A stretch of DNA of 64,000 nt from an uncultured delta proteobacterium (lineage in GTDB: Bacteria; Desulfobacterota; Binatia; UBA9968): NCBI GenBank assembly GCA_963745835.1, contig CAVUZH010000016.1, forward strand, positions 224,001-288,000, written 5' to 3'. Positions 60,578-64,000 of this stretch are shown in pieces (within the stretch, counting starts at the first letter, position 1; each line of letters starts with the position of its first letter). Below the pieces are notes generated by a model. The model was not told the origin of the DNA. It made no database searches and saw only the letters and a list, made by a program, of their open reading frames with translations. The translations under genes and the position numbers were made by a program.

Positions 60578-61960
60578 TTAGTAGCCTGTTGCCTTTTGCT
60601 GAGGACCCTTGATGTCATCTCGATTTAACAATCGGAGGTCGGTTAGAATATTTCTCAGGAACTCTCTTCGGGTACTAGCGGTTTTCGCAATCGCTTCTTC
60701 AGCGTGCTCCAGCGTCATGTCCGTATTTGCATGGGCACTGGAAGAAACGTTATCTGTCACTAAAATTCCTACATATATCTCGGCCTGCTGAATACTGTCT
60801 CTTGAGTTGACCGCCTTCATAATATGAAACAGCTCCTGATCAACAGTTCTCACTCGGTCCCTTTTCATTCCCTCGGCCCATTGAGTTGTCTCGACAACTA
60901 CATTCTCAACCGATGCGTGGGCGGTTTGAATCCTGCCTTGCGCGACCGCTTTGTTTCGAATCAGATGTATTAAAACCCCTCTGTGTTGGACCGCTGGAAA
61001 CGGATCTCCGTTCATCACCATCGTAGGAGTGACTATTCGACCGACAATAGTCGGATCTTCTATAGCTCCGGCGCTGCCAAGAAAAACGATCGTCGGCGGA
61101 CTCGTCCCGGAGATTGCAAGGATCGCTTCGATCAATTCGCCTGATCTGCTCGCATATATCCGGTTGTGGTCGATGGAAACCAGGAGAACTTTCCTGCCAT
61201 TGGCGTTTTTGAACCAATTTATCCGCAACGATTCATCTGAGTAGAGTTCCGGATCGTGAATTCCTTCGGCCTTTAACAGAGAGCGAGTGTCTCCAATGAA
61301 TCCAATCATCACCGTGTCGGGACTGCTAACGCCGTGCTTAGCGAAAAAATCAACAAATTCTTGCCGAGCGCTGCGTGAAGACATGAACACCTTGAGGGAT
61401 TTTTTGAACGTGTGTAGCTTGTCGCGATACTTCCGTTGGCGCTCAGGGTCGGTGAAACCGGCGAGGTAAATCAGGCGAATGATCGTCTTTAGAGCGACCT
61501 CTCTGCCATTCTGCCCGATGATAATCAGATCATGTTGTGCCGGTGCGTGCTTTGCGGAAAATAATCGGATCTCGCCCGGCTCTTGATCTTTCTCCAGCGG
61601 AACAACAGATTCGTAGTGCTTTGGCAAGTTTGCTCGAACATCCTTTTCCAGGCCGCCGTAAAATACAACCTGCGATGCGCTAAAGATCGTATCTTGATAT
61701 TGCCCAAAGCGTTTAAACGTATACCATCGCTGATCCAGTACGGCGCCTTCTTTTTCATTCTTTGCGATGAGTCTCTCTGCATGGCCAACCAGCTCTTCAG
61801 TTCGATCCTCGAATGAAATGCGAGGTTCACTGAATTCTCGGATAGTCTCGTGTGATTGGCTTGTGAAGGATCCTTGACCGATGTCGATTCGCGCGGAATT
61901 GCACGCCAGCGAGAAGATTACGATGAGCGCAGAAAATAATGTTGCCGCGGAGCGGTTCAT
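60578..61960 (-). CDS. hypothetical lipoprotein with a nucleoside-phosphorylase-like C-terminal domain
   Basis: Lipobox FSLAC; IVFLGSAGAI, VETT, TVDQE, ILVTDN resemble the PNP/UDP fold. Confidence 0.6.
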   Translation of the reverse strand: MNRSAATLFSALIVIFSLACNSARIDIGQGSFTSQSHETIREFSEPRISFEDRTEELVGHAERLIAKNEKEGAVLDQRWYTFKRFGQYQDTIFSASQVVFYGGLEKDVRANLPKHYESVVPLEKDQEPGEIRLFSAKHAPAQHDLIIIGQNGREVALKTIIRLIYLAGFTDPERQRKYRDKLHTFKKSLKVFMSSRSARQEFVDFFAKHGVSSPDTVMIGFIGDTRSLLKAEGIHDPELYSDESLRINWFKNANGRKVLLVSIDHNRIYASRSGELIEAILAISGTSPPTIVFLGSAGAIEDPTIVGRIVTPTMVMNGDPFPAVQHRGVLIHLIRNKAVAQGRIQTAHASVENVVVETTQWAEGMKRDRVRTVDQELFHIMKAVNSRDSIQQAEIYVGILVTDNVSSSAHANTDMTLEHAEEAIAKTASTRREFLRNILTDLRLLNRDDIKGPQQKATGY

Positions 61961-61963
61961 GGA

Positions 61964-62683
61964 TTATCCGCTAGCAGCGGCGTGAGGGGTTAACGCCAAA
62001 CGAAAGCCGTAATCGGCGTACCGAAAACTTGGCGGCAGAGAGCTGCGCGCCGCACATCGGCTAAACTTGATCCGGTGACGCCATGAACCGCCGCGTGACG
62101 CGCGCCTTAACCCTGAGGGCGGCCCCTGAGGATTCCTGTCAGGAGAATAGCTGTAATAGCGATAGTCATAGTAATCGCTGCACCACTCATGAACGCCTTC
62201 GCTCATGTCGTATAATCCAAAATCGTTGGGCTCGTTCATGCCGATTCGCTGCGGTCCGCCGGTCATCGTATCGTAACCGGGATACGCTCTTTGACAAGGT
62301 GGTTCATCGCCCCAAGGATAGGGCGCGTCTTGGCGCTGACCACGCGCCGCCTTTTCCCATTCGGCTTCGCTCGGCAGCCGGAAAGCTTTGCCGGTCCGCG
62401 CGCGCAACCAAGCGCAGTAGGCCACCGCATCATGCCAGCTGACGCCGACAACCGGCTGCTCGGGATCCGCAAACATCGGCTCCGACCAAAATGGCGCAGC
62501 CACAGCCTGGCGCTCCTCAACGCAGACTCTGTATTCTCTGTTGGTGACCGGAACCTTTGCAATCGCGAACGAATCGAGCCAAACCCGATGGCGCGGCATT
62601 TCATTTTCCGGCCCGACATCGCTTCCCATTAAAAAGAAGCTTGCCGGAATAGTGATCATCTCAGGCATAGCATCAACCATCAC
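61964..62683 (-). CDS. formylglycine-generating enzyme (SUMF1/EgtB-like) domain protein
   Basis: FLMGS, PVTN, PVVGVSW, RLPSEAEWEKAARG, GLYDM, RGGSW, GFR. Confidence 0.9.
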   Translation of the reverse strand: MMVDAMPEMITIPASFFLMGSDVGPENEMPRHRVWLDSFAIAKVPVTNREYRVCVEERQAVAAPFWSEPMFADPEQPVVGVSWHDAVAYCAWLRARTGKAFRLPSEAEWEKAARGQRQDAPYPWGDEPPCQRAYPGYDTMTGGPQRIGMNEPNDFGLYDMSEGVHEWCSDYYDYRYYSYSPDRNPQGPPSGLRRASRGGSWRHRIKFSRCAARSSLPPSFRYADYGFRLALTPHAAASG

Positions 62684-62786
62684 GATCAGATTAGGTTTGC
62701 CCGATTGGTGTTGTCAACGACAATCAACTTATTGCACAAGCTTTGCGGATTGCCTATAAGCAGTTCTCAAAGGACAGGAGGGTTGC

Positions 62787-63830
62787 ATGAGGATTAGAGA
62801 TATAATCGCTGCGGCGCTAGTCGCTTTGATCTCGTTATTTTGGGGGAGCGCGGCACAAGCTCAAGCAACGCCATTTTACAAGGATAAAACCATCCGCATC
62901 ATCGTTGGTTTTACCGCGGGCGGCCTTTACGATCAGTATGCGCGCATTCTCTCCCGCCATATGCCCAAGTACATTCCTGGAAACCCGAATATCATTGTAC
63001 AGAACATGCCCGGCGCCGGTTCGCTGACCGCGACCAACTATGTTTATAGCGTCGCCAAGCCGGATGGTTTGACCCTCGGCATGCCCGGGAGCGGCATCTA
63101 TCTCGATCAGATGTTGGGACGAAAAGAAGCGACCTTCGATGTCACTAAACTGGCATGGCTTGGCAGCGTGGACCAAAGGGACTTGGTGCTTTACATGAAA
63201 GCCGACTCACAGTGGAAATCGATTGAGGACATTCTCAACATCAGCGAGCCTGCCAAATGCGGCGCAACCGGAACATCGGACTTGACGACAATCATGGTCA
63301 ATATTCTTGAAGAAACCCTCGGCGCCAAGTTCAACAACGTTAGAGGCTATCCGGGGGGCGTTGAGATCGACCTGGCAATTGAAAAAGGCGAAATCCATTG
63401 TCGGGGCACTGGCATTACAACCCACTTTGCCCGGGAGCCGTATTTCACCTGGCACAAGTCCGGCTTCGACAGGCACATAGTACAAACCGGAACCAAAAAA
63501 GACTCGCGGCTGCCGGATGCGCCGACATTGTCCGAACTGATGGACAAAAAGAAAACACCCGCGCTCAGCCGTAATGTCGCACGCGTGATGCTGGTCTCCG
63601 CGACTTTGGGGCGCCCGCTCATTGGTACGCCGGGTATGCCGCCAGAGCGCATCAAAGTTCTGCGTGAAGCCTATCTCAAAGCCTTCGCCGAACCGGAGGT
63701 CGTTCAAGAAGCCAAGAAGAGCCACCTCGATCTCGAAACTCTAGCCGGCGCGGAAGTCGAAACGCAGATTCGCGAGGTCATGAATCAACCGCAGGAAGTC
63801 ATCGAACGAGTGAAGAAGCTGTCTGAGTGA
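62787..63830 (+). CDS. Bug/TctC substrate-binding protein
   Basis: Paralog of 52402..53460: FYKDKTIRI, VQNMPGAGSL, KPDGL; AGGAGG RBS. Confidence 0.9.
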   Translation: MRIRDIIAAALVALISLFWGSAAQAQATPFYKDKTIRIIVGFTAGGLYDQYARILSRHMPKYIPGNPNIIVQNMPGAGSLTATNYVYSVAKPDGLTLGMPGSGIYLDQMLGRKEATFDVTKLAWLGSVDQRDLVLYMKADSQWKSIEDILNISEPAKCGATGTSDLTTIMVNILEETLGAKFNNVRGYPGGVEIDLAIEKGEIHCRGTGITTHFAREPYFTWHKSGFDRHIVQTGTKKDSRLPDAPTLSELMDKKKTPALSRNVARVMLVSATLGRPLIGTPGMPPERIKVLREAYLKAFAEPEVVQEAKKSHLDLETLAGAEVETQIREVMNQPQEVIERVKKLSE

Positions 63831-63878
63831 TTGAGTGGGAGGGTTGTTTGTGCTTCAGTTCTGAATACGACGTCCGAT

Positions 63879-64000
63879 ATGGAAATACATATTAAAATGG
63901 CTCCGGCGCAATATAAGCGATTGCGTAACTCCTACCCTATCGACTCTCCGGTACGTGATCTCATTGATAATGCCAGACGACTTGATCATGCCATCGAGGG
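63879..64000 (+). CDS. hypothetical protein, N-terminal fragment (runs off window)
   Basis: Open frame MEIHIKMAPAQYKRLRNSYPIDSPVRDLIDNARRLDHAIE. Confidence 0.45.
   Translation, partial: MEIHIKMAPAQYKRLRNSYPIDSPVRDLIDNARRLDHAIE

Noticed and set aside
62722-62734. IHF consensus match AATCAACTTATTG
   Set aside because: A single degenerate-motif match, expected by chance in 64 kb

Overview
Bacterial chromosomal window with no rRNA, tRNA, CRISPR array, transposase or phage genes that I can recognise. The orphan NMT1-like and Bug/TctC solute-binding proteins and the gene mix suggest an uncultured deltaproteobacterial lineage such as Candidatus Binatia (inference). From left to right: a partial pckG; the conserved rimP-nusA-ylxR-infB-DUF503-rbfA-truB operon with its rimP leader hairpin; an NtrB/NtrC pair, thiE (frameshifted), dnaB and queF; assorted catabolic genes; a TIR-TM-(114 aa)x3 receptor-like protein followed by a 211-bp MITE-like element; a signal-transduction island (PAS kinase, receivers, CheB-CheR-PAS-kinase fusion, CheB) with four frame disruptions; gndA; and a mixed metabolic tail. 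The strongest candidate for an undescribed system is at 44.2-47.4 kb, a four-gene cluster encoding (1) a GlcG/HbpS-like heme-binding protein, (2) a cytoplasmic reductive-dehalogenase-like B12/2x[4Fe-4S] enzyme with no Tat signal and no RdhB anchor, (3) a translationally coupled stand-alone Rdh B12-domain paralog lacking the Fe-S cysteines, and (4) a ferredoxin-GlcG fusion. All product calls come from motif recognition only; no database search was run.
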